Positions 36,606 to 46,866 of a DNA stretch of 64,000 nt are shown in pieces. Positions within the stretch are counted from its first letter, which is position 1. Each line of letters begins with the position of its first letter. Where the stretch lies: IMG/VR virus record IMGVR_UViG_3300028862_000012, positions 1-64,000 of that record; one strand, 5' to 3'. Under the pieces are notes generated by a model. That model saw only the letters and a list, made by a program, of their open reading frames with translations. It was not told the DNA's origin and did not search any database. The translations under genes and the position numbers were made by a program.

Positions 36606-37595
36606 TTAAACATTGTTTAGTTGTTCCATTACTATGGCTTCCACTTTACTATCTACTTTGTTTTCTTTGCAGTATTCAGCAAAATAATCAGTAATAGAAC
36701 TTTCTTTTTCTGAACGTACATCTGAAATTTCTTTTAACTGCTTCTTGTTTAACTTGTTATACCAGAAAGTATATCCTTTAATAGAAGCTTGCTTTGTATA
36801 GTACTCAATACATTCCTTATCATCTATTACTTCATTTATATCAAAAATATTATACTTATACTTACTGTTTGGCAGATCATCAGGATAGTTAATTGAAAAG
36901 TGTTCAAGTGTTTTAGGTATATTTACATACTCTACTTCTTTAATATCTGTATCAATTACAGCAATATACTTTTCAGTATTTTTTTCACTACTACTATTTT
37001 CAAATACTGAACCTAAATAATTTCCACCTGATAATTTATCAAATAAGTGATTATGCCCAAAGATACGAACAGTTATGTCAAGATAACTTAAATCACAGTA
37101 AAGCTTTTCAATCTTTACTTGCGACTCATCCATGCAATGAGAAAATGCAAAATCGTACTTCTGATTTCTTAATTCATCAGGTAAATTAGAATAGTATTCA
37201 TACATTGGAGTTTTAATCTCACTCTGGATATAATCATAGTGTGGCAACAGTAAACAATTTAAATTCCCTATTTTCATACTACAAGGCTTATCTACTATGG
37301 TTATAAACTTACTACCTAAGTACTTATATTGATAGCCTTTAATACTTAGATCATGATTACCGACTAATATAATCTTTTTTTCTGCTTTACACTCGCGTTC
37401 AATAAAATCATGTAGCTCATCATTTATATCGCTTTCGGGCGAGGGTTTTTCTCCTAGATCCCCTTCAAACAAAAGTGTACTATTTACTATATTGTGCTCA
37501 CTGTTTATAAACCAAGTCATAAAGTCATTACAGGCACTATGCTTTGGCTCTTCAATACGATCATGCATATCAGGGATAATTATTAGTTTACTCAT
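36606..37595 (-). CDS. SbcD/Mre11-like (gp47-like) recombination nuclease
   Basis: PDMH, EGDL, VGNHD, SH, FGHNH, YLGS motifs; 329 aa. Confidence 0.72.
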   Translation of the reverse strand: MSKLIIIPDMHDRIEEPKHSACNDFMTWFINSEHNIVNSTLLFEGDLGEKPSPESDINDELHDFIERECKAEKKIILVGNHDLSIKGYQYKYLGSKFITIVDKPCSMKIGNLNCLLLPHYDYIQSEIKTPMYEYYSNLPDELRNQKYDFAFSHCMDESQVKIEKLYCDLSYLDITVRIFGHNHLFDKLSGGNYLGSVFENSSSEKNTEKYIAVIDTDIKEVEYVNIPKTLEHFSINYPDDLPNSKYKYNIFDINEVIDDKECIEYYTKQASIKGYTFWYNKLNKKQLKEISDVRSEKESSITDYFAEYCKENKVDSKVEAIVMEQLNNV

Positions 37596-37804
37596 TTTAA
37601 TTCCTCTATAATTTCATTATATTCTAAATTTCTAAGTTCTTCAATATCTTGAATAGTTAAATTATTGTTTCTCATTAGCTCTCTGGTTACTATACATTCA
37701 GTAGTGCAATAGTAATTTCTATGACAACCTGCACAGACATTACAATGTTCCTTAAACAACGATAGTAATATTTTATTATAATCAGTAAGTAATATTTTAT
37801 TCAT
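37592..37804 (-). CDS. small Cys-rich protein
   Basis: CNVCAGC...C...C. Confidence 0.45.
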   Translation of the reverse strand: MNKILLTDYNKILLSLFKEHCNVCAGCHRNYYCTTECIVTRELMRNNNLTIQDIEELRNLEYNEIIEELK

Positions 37805-37806
37805 TT

Positions 37807-38472
37807 TTATCCTTCTACTATAAATCTTTGAAACTGTATATCATTCATACCTAAATACTGCTGTAACGTTAACTTAGTATGCCTATCATTATGCCATTTA
37901 GTAACTAATTCATCCATATCTTTAAAAGTAAATACATCTAATAAATAGTTTGTATCACTAATTTTTGTATAACTAATATAATCGCCTTGATGAGCTATTA
38001 TAGTTCCTTTCATTGTTGTTTTTACTTCTGCAAATTTAGTATTGCTTATTTTTAAAAATGGAGAGCTATCTACTGGATCACGAGTAATAATACTATTTGA
38101 AGTTAAATTGTTCATAAACCAATCAGGACAACTATCACCCATTCCAAATTGATATACTTCCATATATGGCTCATTATCATCTATATCTTCTTCCATATTT
38201 TTAATATATTTTTCCTTATTTAATTTTTCAAAATATCTTTTCCTGTAATTCCAAAAAGTTATATGTCTAAAAAGCCAAAGTAAATATTTTTTAGATACAT
38301 CTTCGATGCTATCTATTGTTGAATTACACTTAGGACAATAACCATCATCATAATCCCCTGTATCTGCTATAGCACTAAATCCATTGCAATCACAAGATAA
38401 TCCTTTCCAGCCACATTCAGGACATCTTGCCATCCAATAAGTTATTAATTGCTTGTCAGTATATTTTTTCAA
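37807..38472 (-). CDS. hypothetical protein with Zn ribbon
   Basis: CPECGW...CPKC. Confidence 0.55.
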   Translation of the reverse strand: MKKYTDKQLITYWMARCPECGWKGLSCDCNGFSAIADTGDYDDGYCPKCNSTIDSIEDVSKKYLLWLFRHITFWNYRKRYFEKLNKEKYIKNMEEDIDDNEPYMEVYQFGMGDSCPDWFMNNLTSNSIITRDPVDSSPFLKISNTKFAEVKTTMKGTIIAHQGDYISYTKISDTNYLLDVFTFKDMDELVTKWHNDRHTKLTLQQYLGMNDIQFQRFIVEG

Positions 38473-38473
38473 T

Positions 38474-38887
38474 TTATTGCTCCAATAAATTAAGTATATG
38501 ATCTGGATGATAATCTTTGTTTAAGATATTTTTAGCTACTTCTTCAATTCTATTTATATTTTTTAAGCTTATCTTTACCTCAGACTTAATAAAAAGAGTT
38601 TTTCCGTAATCTTCATCTAAATAGAGAATCATATCATTTAAACCAAAATTAGTATCTTTTCTTCTATCTTCAACAAAGATAAAATTACTAAAGTTTGTCC
38701 TATAACTTTCAGAATCTCCACTAAAACTATAATTGATTCTTAAATATAAAGTATTATATTTTAATACTAAAAAGTTATACTTACGATAATCAAAACACTC
38801 AAGATTTTTTAATAACATCTTTCCTACTAAATCATCTGTTTCTTTATCAAATTTATAAATCATTTTTCTATATTGTTTCTCTGTCAT
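38474..38887 (-). CDS. hypothetical protein
   Basis: packed ORF. Confidence 0.5.
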   Translation of the reverse strand: MTEKQYRKMIYKFDKETDDLVGKMLLKNLECFDYRKYNFLVLKYNTLYLRINYSFSGDSESYRTNFSNFIFVEDRRKDTNFGLNDMILYLDEDYGKTLFIKSEVKISLKNINRIEEVAKNILNKDYHPDHILNLLEQ

Positions 38888-38891
38888 ATAT

Positions 38892-39467
38892 TTACACCTT
38901 TATGCTTGAATCTATTACTACTACATACTTATCTTTCGTTTCTTCTTCATTTGCTACCCACATCTGACAAACGCTTCCTTGTCCAATTAAAAGTCTGCAA
39001 GCATATACCATATTTTGTTTATAAGTAAAATAAAATCTATAGTCAGTAAAATCTGAATCAGGTTTATAAATAAAATCATAGCACAATGCTTTTATATAAT
39101 TAAAAACTTTCATATATTCTTCTTGAGATATAGGATAAGCAGAGTTAAATTCTATGTCACCATCGTTTAGTTGCTTGTAATAATTTAATGCATTTATAAC
39201 TTTATAAAAAGTTAGCTGATCTATAGTATTATAATCACATAAATCCATTATATCGCCCTTATTATTAATTAAATTTTCTGCATATGCTTTAAATAACTTG
39301 CGCTCTTCTTCTATAGATTTTGGTTTACAATCTTCTCGTATGCTTTCTTCAAACTCTTCTAATACTCTGGCACATTTTGTATTCCAACAAAAAGGATCAT
39401 CAAAAGCTGATTGTAGCTTTCCTAACCATGTATAATATTTATTAATTATTGCTTGATTATTATTCAT
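38892..39467 (-). CDS. hypothetical protein
   Basis: packed ORF. Confidence 0.55.
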   Translation of the reverse strand: MNNNQAIINKYYTWLGKLQSAFDDPFCWNTKCARVLEEFEESIREDCKPKSIEEERKLFKAYAENLINNKGDIMDLCDYNTIDQLTFYKVINALNYYKQLNDGDIEFNSAYPISQEEYMKVFNYIKALCYDFIYKPDSDFTDYRFYFTYKQNMVYACRLLIGQGSVCQMWVANEEETKDKYVVVIDSSIKV

Positions 39468-39694
39468 TTATGCTTTCCTTTTACTTCGGGATGCGCTAGT
39501 TTATATTCATATTCTTTTATTGCTTTATCTTTATTCTTTTTAGTCCATTCAATCATTTCTTTATCTTGAAAGGTTTTACCACAAATACAACAATGATAAT
39601 TCCAAACATCATATTCGATTATAGAGTCTTTATACTTTTCTGATATGGGTAAGGCTTCAATAATCATGTCCCAATCACATTTTTCACAATTCAT
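39464..39694 (-). CDS. small Zn-binding protein
   Basis: CEKC...CCICG. Confidence 0.5.
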   Translation of the reverse strand: MNCEKCDWDMIIEALPISEKYKDSIIEYDVWNYHCCICGKTFQDKEMIEWTKKNKDKAIKEYEYKLAHPEVKGKHK

Positions 39695-39725
39695 TTTAGT
39701 AATATATCCTTATATAGTAAATGTG

Positions 39726-40718
39726 TCAATTACTAATTTTATATCCTAAACCATTTATCTTTTTAGTCCAAATTAAAAATGCTTTACGCTTTACTGCTAT
39801 GAAGCTTTCACATTTATATCCGCCTGCTTCTGCATGACCTTGCACACCTTCTAAGGTAGTTACATCAAAGTTACTACTTTTTAAACTCCGTAAGCTCATA
39901 GTTAATTCATCAGGTTTATAGGTGTTAATAATAATTAAATACTTCATTCTATCAGAAAACTTCAAAAGTAGTCTATATGCTACTATACTCATTTTCTTTT
40001 CTATCATTACTACACCAAAAGGAATACCTTTGCTATCTACATTAAACCGTATAGATCTACAGCAAGATATCATTATTGTTTTTTCTATATTGCGATCTTT
40101 TTCAATTATTTCTTTATCTAATTTACTGTATTCAAACATAGGTGTTTCAAAAACTGATTCACATATTGTACTTAAAAAAGGAGCATACTTATCTATTCCT
40201 TCTAATTCAAATATCATTTTTTTATATAACAATCTATTTAAGTCAACAGCGCGTTCAAACAAAGGATCATTACACTTCCATGTATCATATACATTTACTA
40301 AATTTATAAAGTATTCTAAGTTAGGTAATACAGGCATTTTACTATTTTGTTTACACCAATTATAAAACAGCATAGAACCACAATTATTATTTTCTATATC
40401 AAAATAAGTAGCTATGTTATCATTCCCAATTAATATATCAGTTACTTTATCTATGCTACTTTTATGATGATCAAATACAAGTACTTCTAGTTTACGCTCT
40501 ATCATTTTTTGTAATACTTCTACCGGTGGAGTAAAATCAATCCAAATTTGTTTATCACAATTATCTAATAAACTATCTATATCAATTTTATTTTGTTCAA
40601 ATAGCTTATAGTCTACAATTACTATTTCTGATTCTGTTAGTTCAGGAAAATAGTATTGTAAAGCTACAAGCCATGAAATTCCATCTAAATCTGTATGTGC
40701 GCAAAACTTTGTTATCAT
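39726..40718 (-). CDS. DHH/DHHA1 phosphoesterase
   Basis: HTDLDG, DF, FDHHKS, DTW, MSLRS, GHAEAGG. Confidence 0.85.
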   Translation of the reverse strand: MITKFCAHTDLDGISWLVALQYYFPELTESEIVIVDYKLFEQNKIDIDSLLDNCDKQIWIDFTPPVEVLQKMIERKLEVLVFDHHKSSIDKVTDILIGNDNIATYFDIENNNCGSMLFYNWCKQNSKMPVLPNLEYFINLVNVYDTWKCNDPLFERAVDLNRLLYKKMIFELEGIDKYAPFLSTICESVFETPMFEYSKLDKEIIEKDRNIEKTIMISCCRSIRFNVDSKGIPFGVVMIEKKMSIVAYRLLLKFSDRMKYLIIINTYKPDELTMSLRSLKSSNFDVTTLEGVQGHAEAGGYKCESFIAVKRKAFLIWTKKINGLGYKISN

Positions 40719-41113
40719 TAGTAATTACTTATACTAACTACGCAAATAAGAGTTTTGTTTTCTTTTATATGAATTAAAAACATATCTTTTTCTTCATCAT
40801 AAAAAACTCCTAATTCAAAATGTCCTCTACTCATATCAACTATCATTGCATTATCAAATACATCAAAGCCAAACTTATCTTCATCTCCCCAATCCATGAC
40901 TAAACATTTAATGGGATATACAAAACGTACTGTTCCATTGGACACACTTACTGAAAGTTTACTTGCTTTTTCAATAATTTTTTCTTTATTGAAGAAACTC
41001 CAGATAATTTTCCAATTTGAATAATAAGTAATAGGATCACGATCACTCATTGAAACATCAAAAGGAAAACTTGAAATTTCCTCATAGCTATAACCTTCAA
41101 CTAATTTTTCCAT
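40718..41113 (-). CDS. hypothetical protein
   Basis: SD AAGGA and TAACTATTA motif upstream. Confidence 0.5.
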   Translation of the reverse strand: MEKLVEGYSYEEISSFPFDVSMSDRDPITYYSNWKIIWSFFNKEKIIEKASKLSVSVSNGTVRFVYPIKCLVMDWGDEDKFGFDVFDNAMIVDMSRGHFELGVFYDEEKDMFLIHIKENKTLICVVSISNY

Positions 41114-41146
41114 ACTAGTTCCTTTTATAATATATACTAATAGTTA

Positions 41147-42589
41147 CTAACCTTGCAACAGTACAATTGTAGTATAAATTAACTTAATCTGTTCTTCATT
41201 AAACTTCCATCGAGTATTAATAACTTTGTCAGCCCAAGCTCGCGCACTATTGCCTCTCTCATCTCCTGTTGCACACCAATCACACACCATTTCAATCAAC
41301 CAGTTATTAGGCATAGAAGTACAATCAATAGTAGGCACAGCCAGTGGATCAAAACCATCACGCTCTGTTGGTGATATAACTGTTTCTTGATTAGACCAGA
41401 ATTCAGGATGATGCTGTACAGTTTTTACATGATGAGTAGTACAGTTATACATAAGCTTATCTATTTCAGATGTTTTAATAAATTCTATATTATCTGCTTT
41501 ACATTTATAATTCCAAACAACAGCTATATATCCAGCTAGCTCTATATCTTCAAATTTAATTCTGTCATGTGCTTCTATTTGAGTGATATATTGGTTATCT
41601 AAAATACATTCTGGTAAGCTAAAATATTTATTCCAATACTTTTTTACACTTGTAATATGATTCACGGTACGAGTATAATACCACTGTCTCATATCATCAG
41701 TAATAGTATAAACTTCTGAACTTACTAATTTTGTTTTAATATATTCATACATATACAGCCAATCAACTTTTAATAAACACTTATCATCGATAAGAATATT
41801 ATAAAAAATTTTTGGGTATGGTTGCCATTCTAAATTTGGATAATTTTTATTTACTACATCAAAAGGAATATTATTAGATTCCAAGAACTTAATTACATCC
41901 TGAATATGATTATCTAAAAATCTACATGTCCAAATTATTATATAATATCCATCATTGGATAATTTTGTCATTACTTCTTTTACATACGGTTTTAGTACCG
42001 CAGTAGAAATATCGGGAAAAGCATTATCACAAACAGTTTCGTCGAAGTCTACAGCAATTATTTTTGACCTATCCTTATCATTATGTCTATTTCCTATATC
42101 TTCTTTAATATAAGTAATAATACTCTGCAAGGTGTTTTCTGTACTTTCACTAAACTTAATCCATTTTCCATTATTGTGTTCTACCATTTCACCAATAGCT
42201 TCAAGACTTTTCTTTTCACTATCTGTCCATGAATAAAAGTATCCATCAATTCTATGATTTAAGCTTCGCTGAATATCTTTCATAATGTTATCATATAAAA
42301 TATAACAGAAAATAACTTTTTTATTTAACATGTTTGCTTTACTAACAGAATCCATTATTTCACTAAAGCTATAAAAACCTATTTGTCGCGGAGTAATCAC
42401 ATATAAAAGATAATCATCTATACTTTTTTCGTTTTCTTCATTTAACTTATCTTCTGGTGTCCAATTTGCAACCACTGGATTAAAATAGTCTAACTCTGAT
42501 GATTCTAACATCGGTATTATTACCTTGCGCCAACTAGAGTTATTACAAGTTCCAAAAAGTCCAACTTTATATTTTTTATTATCACTCAT
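41147..42589 (-). CDS. three-domain fusion: nucleoside 2-deoxyribosyltransferase-like + HAD phosphatase + HD-type (DUF5662-like)
   Basis: GLFGTCNNSSWR...YFNPVV.NW...YVITP...GFYSFSE; VDFDETV...WTCR...IDDK; HD.IK...HHPEFW...EMVCDW. Confidence 0.72.
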   Translation of the reverse strand: MSDNKKYKVGLFGTCNNSSWRKVIIPMLESSELDYFNPVVANWTPEDKLNEENEKSIDDYLLYVITPRQIGFYSFSEIMDSVSKANMLNKKVIFCYILYDNIMKDIQRSLNHRIDGYFYSWTDSEKKSLEAIGEMVEHNNGKWIKFSESTENTLQSIITYIKEDIGNRHNDKDRSKIIAVDFDETVCDNAFPDISTAVLKPYVKEVMTKLSNDGYYIIIWTCRFLDNHIQDVIKFLESNNIPFDVVNKNYPNLEWQPYPKIFYNILIDDKCLLKVDWLYMYEYIKTKLVSSEVYTITDDMRQWYYTRTVNHITSVKKYWNKYFSLPECILDNQYITQIEAHDRIKFEDIELAGYIAVVWNYKCKADNIEFIKTSEIDKLMYNCTTHHVKTVQHHPEFWSNQETVISPTERDGFDPLAVPTIDCTSMPNNWLIEMVCDWCATGDERGNSARAWADKVINTRWKFNEEQIKLIYTTIVLLQG

Positions 42590-42894
42590 TATGTTTCCTT
42601 ACACTTTACTTCAATAGTAATATTATCCAAACAACCAGTATTTCTATTCTTACCAAGTAAAGTTTTATTTTCCTTTTTATTATCTATTAAATCTACTAAC
42701 TTTTTTCCTGCATCAAGTATAAACTCTGTATCTGAAATATTTTCACCTTTAGGCTTTATTGTTAAAATTATGGTAAACTCTGTATTGAAATTAGTTATTA
42801 AATAATACATATCCACATAGTAATCTGACTTTATTACATCTTTTATTAATTTTTCGTACTCACTCATGCTTATAATTGTATTCTGTAATATCAT
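42589..42894 (-). CDS. hypothetical protein
   Basis: TAACTATTA motif upstream. Confidence 0.45.
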   Translation of the reverse strand: MILQNTIISMSEYEKLIKDVIKSDYYVDMYYLITNFNTEFTIILTIKPKGENISDTEFILDAGKKLVDLIDNKKENKTLLGKNRNTGCLDNITIEVKCKET

Positions 42895-42919
42895 GATGTA
42901 ATCCTTTACTTTCTAATAG

Positions 42920-43981
42920 TTATAGAAAGCTATCATAATCTTTTTTAGCATATAACTCTTTTATTTCAGCTCCAGAATACCATTCATCAAAAGTAGGTAA
43001 ACTATCAAAATCTATATCTCCATTATTTTTTACGTGCAATATTTCTTTTAATTCTTGCTTACTACAATCGTGAGCGTCATAGCCTTTACCATTATCATGT
43101 ACTCGATAATCTTGAACATACCGAACTTGTCCTTTACCGTAAAATTCATACATTTTCTGAAACGCTATAGCATAATTATATCCTGCTTCATCGTTATCTA
43201 AGAACTTAATTAATCGCGGTATTTCAAATAACTTTTTTGTCTTAGGCATTACTTCCCATGTGGAACTATCTTCTTTCCCTTTATATGAAGATGTTCCAAA
43301 ATTACTAATCACATTAGATGTTATATTATATAACTGAACTAAGTTCTTCCATCCTTCATTATCAATTACTGGCTTACATAAATCTATATTTTCCCAGTTA
43401 TAAGGCTGATTGATTATAGCACCTAATGGGTATAATTCTTTTGGTGTTTGTTTTAAAGTATAATCTCTACCGCCTACAGAAACTAATCTATTTTTTTCAT
43501 AGACTGGAAACAGTAAGCGTTTTATAAAAGTAGTAGGTTTACGATCCATACAATCAGATGCTTCAAATTGAGCGAACTTTGTATAGCTAATTTCATATTT
43601 ATCAATAAAGCTATCTATCATATAGAGTGATTTACAATAACTATATACTTCCATGTTACTGTACACATCTTCTATTTTACCTTTAATCATCTTTATTTCT
43701 ACAGAGTCTAAATCACGAACTTTATGTTCAATTTTTTGATTAGCAAACTCTTTTATCTCATCTTTTGATGCTAAGTCAGCTAAAGACTTTCCACGAACTT
43801 GTAAAAACTTATTTAGATTTCCAGTAGCATGACACGCATAGCACCAGTAAATTCCGCTTGAGGCATAAATATATTCGTTGTGGCAGTCATGATCATCATG
43901 TTCTGCACATTGAACCCAAAGTCTATCACCTTTTTTATCATAGTCAATACCAGCTTTAATAAGTATAGATTCTACATCCAT
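42920..43981 (-). CDS. dnaG: DnaG-type DNA primase
   Basis: CAEH.D...CYAC..GN Zn finger; RLLFPV; TOPRIM EG...FLDNDEAG. Confidence 0.82.
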   Translation of the reverse strand: MDVESILIKAGIDYDKKGDRLWVQCAEHDDHDCHNEYIYASSGIYWCYACHATGNLNKFLQVRGKSLADLASKDEIKEFANQKIEHKVRDLDSVEIKMIKGKIEDVYSNMEVYSYCKSLYMIDSFIDKYEISYTKFAQFEASDCMDRKPTTFIKRLLFPVYEKNRLVSVGGRDYTLKQTPKELYPLGAIINQPYNWENIDLCKPVIDNEGWKNLVQLYNITSNVISNFGTSSYKGKEDSSTWEVMPKTKKLFEIPRLIKFLDNDEAGYNYAIAFQKMYEFYGKGQVRYVQDYRVHDNGKGYDAHDCSKQELKEILHVKNNGDIDFDSLPTFDEWYSGAEIKELYAKKDYDSFL

Positions 43982-43982
43982 A

Positions 43983-45035
43983 TCAATACTCTTCCTGACT
44001 ACTATCTTTATTAGTAATGTCAGCTACTTCCTGAATTTCACTTACTATCTTTTCAGCTTCTTCATCTGAAATTATATTATCATTAAAAAATGTTTTTACT
44101 TTCTCATCAGGTAATTTTTTTGTATCTTTATTTTTCTTAGCAATTAGTGATTTTCCAATAACTGATTTCTTTGGCTTCTTTTCTGGTACAGATTTTAATA
44201 CCCGTTTTACTGGCTTATTATCTTTTGAAAAGAACTTCTCAATAGTAGAAACAGCACTATTACTTTCTTTTTTATTATCCTTGTTTATTTTAGGAGATAC
44301 TTCAAAAGGATTTTTTCTAGGTCTACCTTTTTTAGGCTTAATATAAGGAAGCTTACTAATAAGATAGTTCTTTAGATATTGAGAAATACTGAATGATTTT
44401 TCTTTAGGCTTATGACTTAATACTAATAGAGAAACTTCAAGTAAGGCACCTCGTAAAAATAGAAAGATCATGAGCAATAGACTTACATTTATATTAAACT
44501 TTTCTCCAACTATCTTAAATAATTCCATCTGTTTATTTTTTTCAACAGAATTATTATATTCAGTGGCTACTTGTGCTACTTTTAATTTACTATTTACAAT
44601 GGAAACTACTGCATTAGCGGTCTTTGAATTACTTGTGCCATAGCCACCATCCGTTTTAGTAATACTTTCGTTTAAAGCCTTTGCAGTGTCATTTAAAAGT
44701 TTATTACTGTCCTCAATAGCACTACTTATCGTTTTATCAGCAATAATAATATCAGGAGCTTGTTTATAGCTATCAATAGAAAAGACTACTAATGAAAGCG
44801 TAAGTAAACAAAAGGCAAGTATTTTACTTTGAAAGCTTTCTTCAAAATTAATAAGATACACAAAAACTATATCAAGTACGACTCCCATTATTCCATAAAA
44901 GCAAGACCAAAACTTACTATTATTTCCAAAACTTGAGAAAAAATCATAACTAACAAAGGAAATTTGTATTAAGCAAACTATAGTAAGAGCTATTTTAAAT
45001 ATTGCCTTTACTTTATCTTTAATATCAGAATTCAT
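43983..45035 (-). CDS. membrane protein with coiled coil and a basic C-terminal tail
   Basis: Four hydrophobic segments; KKGRPRK AT-hook-like motif. Confidence 0.6.
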   Translation of the reverse strand: MNSDIKDKVKAIFKIALTIVCLIQISFVSYDFFSSFGNNSKFWSCFYGIMGVVLDIVFVYLINFEESFQSKILAFCLLTLSLVVFSIDSYKQAPDIIIADKTISSAIEDSNKLLNDTAKALNESITKTDGGYGTSNSKTANAVVSIVNSKLKVAQVATEYNNSVEKNKQMELFKIVGEKFNINVSLLLMIFLFLRGALLEVSLLVLSHKPKEKSFSISQYLKNYLISKLPYIKPKKGRPRKNPFEVSPKINKDNKKESNSAVSTIEKFFSKDNKPVKRVLKSVPEKKPKKSVIGKSLIAKKNKDTKKLPDEKVKTFFNDNIISDEEAEKIVSEIQEVADITNKDSSQEEY

Positions 45036-45124
45036 TTTTTATCCTTCTAAAAGTATATAAATTTAAGTTATTATAAACAAATAAATCTAATTATGTCAAT
45101 TACTAAAGTATATTTTTAAACTTT

Positions 45125-46729
45125 TTAGGCTACTCTATTTAATAAAGGTAATACATTGTTATCAAGATATTCTTCTATATATTTTAGTTGTGAATATGGA
45201 ATCCTTAGTAACTGTATATTATTACTTATACAATAGTTTGTTTTAATTAAATCACGATTTTTCATTTCAGTATATAATTTTAGGATTTCACTATCTGTAA
45301 GATGTCGGTTTCTCATAAAATCAGAAAATTCTTCTAAACTGTTGTGTTGATTACCATCACATTCTATGCAAATATTAAAGTCTGGTAAATAAAAATCAAA
45401 AGGTAAAGTATTTTTAGATCGACAATTAGGAAATCTTTTCTGACTTTTATAATTTATATTATTATTTTTCAAATAATATTCTGTTTGTTTTTCTAAATTT
45501 GAAGAGCTACATTTTGGACAACCTTGAAAATGAATATGATTATTAGGTTGCATTAAAAATTCTCCATGCTCTTTGCAGACTATTATTACAGGTATATGCA
45601 TACCTGTGTACTCCACTTTGGAATAATCATATAGATCATGATGAATGTTCTTAAATCGCTTTATAACCTCTTCTTTATTAAGTCTTATATTAATATGAGA
45701 CTGCTCAACTCCACAAATAGGGCATCCTTCTCCTTGTAAATGAGCAGAAGCTTTCTTTAAAAAGATACCATGAACTTTGCACACTATTTTAACTTTATCT
45801 GAAAGAGTGCTAAAGTTCACTTGAGAATAATCATATTTATCTCCATGAATTTCTTTTGCTTTTTCTAAAAAATATTTTTTATTTTTTCTTCTATTATATC
45901 CTGTTTCAATATAAGAACATAAGCTACATCCTTTTGATTTCATATGATTAAAAGGCGTTTGCTCAAATATTCCATGAATAGGGCAAATAATTTTAACTGG
46001 AGTGTGGCAATTTTTATAGTCTACCAAACTATAATCATACTTATTATTATGAACTTGTTTTGCTTTTGGAATAAAAGTATCTTTTGAGTCATAAGTATAA
46101 ATATAAGTATAGTCTTCATATTTTGAGATCATACTACATTTCTGACACTCATGTCCAGCTAAATGAGAGTTTGCAGATTGAGTAAACTTTCCATGAATAG
46201 GACATATAATAATTACTTTTTCACTAAGTTTAGAAAAAGAAACTAGGCTGTAATCATATTTATTACTATAAATTTTATTTGCTCTCATAATAAACTCTTC
46301 TAAAGATATTCTTTTTAAGTCTGAATTTAATTTCTGAGCACATTTAAAGCAGTTCATTCCTAATAAATGATTTGCAGGTGACTGTTCAAACTCACCATGA
46401 ATCGGACAAATAATTTTAACTTTAATATTATTTTTTATATATTCTACTTTTGAATAGTCATATTTTTCACTATGAACTAATTTTGCTTTCTCAATAAACT
46501 CTTCAGTTGAACTTCTACATTTTAACCCTCTGAAAGAACATCCACATTTTTCACATCCATGACCTTGTAAGTGAGTATTTGCAATCTGCTCAAATTTTCC
46601 ATGCTTTTTACATATAATGATGATTTTACTACTACTATTAGTATAGATAGATTCTGAATAATCATACTTATTGTTATGAACTTTATTTGCGCGTTTAATA
46701 AATTCTTCTTGAGTTAATTTTTTTGACAT
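45125..46729 (-). CDS. homing endonuclease-like protein with six DUF723-like Zn repeats and a Vsr-like nuclease domain
   Basis: 6x (I/V)C..HG.F...H..G..C..C; LPFDFYLP..NICIECDG.QH. Confidence 0.82.
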   Translation of the reverse strand: MSKKLTQEEFIKRANKVHNNKYDYSESIYTNSSSKIIIICKKHGKFEQIANTHLQGHGCEKCGCSFRGLKCRSSTEEFIEKAKLVHSEKYDYSKVEYIKNNIKVKIICPIHGEFEQSPANHLLGMNCFKCAQKLNSDLKRISLEEFIMRANKIYSNKYDYSLVSFSKLSEKVIIICPIHGKFTQSANSHLAGHECQKCSMISKYEDYTYIYTYDSKDTFIPKAKQVHNNKYDYSLVDYKNCHTPVKIICPIHGIFEQTPFNHMKSKGCSLCSYIETGYNRRKNKKYFLEKAKEIHGDKYDYSQVNFSTLSDKVKIVCKVHGIFLKKASAHLQGEGCPICGVEQSHINIRLNKEEVIKRFKNIHHDLYDYSKVEYTGMHIPVIIVCKEHGEFLMQPNNHIHFQGCPKCSSSNLEKQTEYYLKNNNINYKSQKRFPNCRSKNTLPFDFYLPDFNICIECDGNQHNSLEEFSDFMRNRHLTDSEILKLYTEMKNRDLIKTNYCISNNIQLLRIPYSQLKYIEEYLDNNVLPLLNRVA

Positions 46730-46866
46730 GATTCTTTATTACCTTTTAAGAGATTCCAGTCTCTATATAGTAATAGTTAGAATTTATTTTTTATAATAAA
46801 AAGGTTAGATTGATGGAATCATACATCAATCAACAGGCTGGAACCTGCTGTCCCTTTAATTAAAAG

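Noticed and set aside
45125-46729. Tandem DNA repeat array or novel repeat system
   Set aside because: Explained by six DUF723-like Zn repeats of a homing endonuclease.
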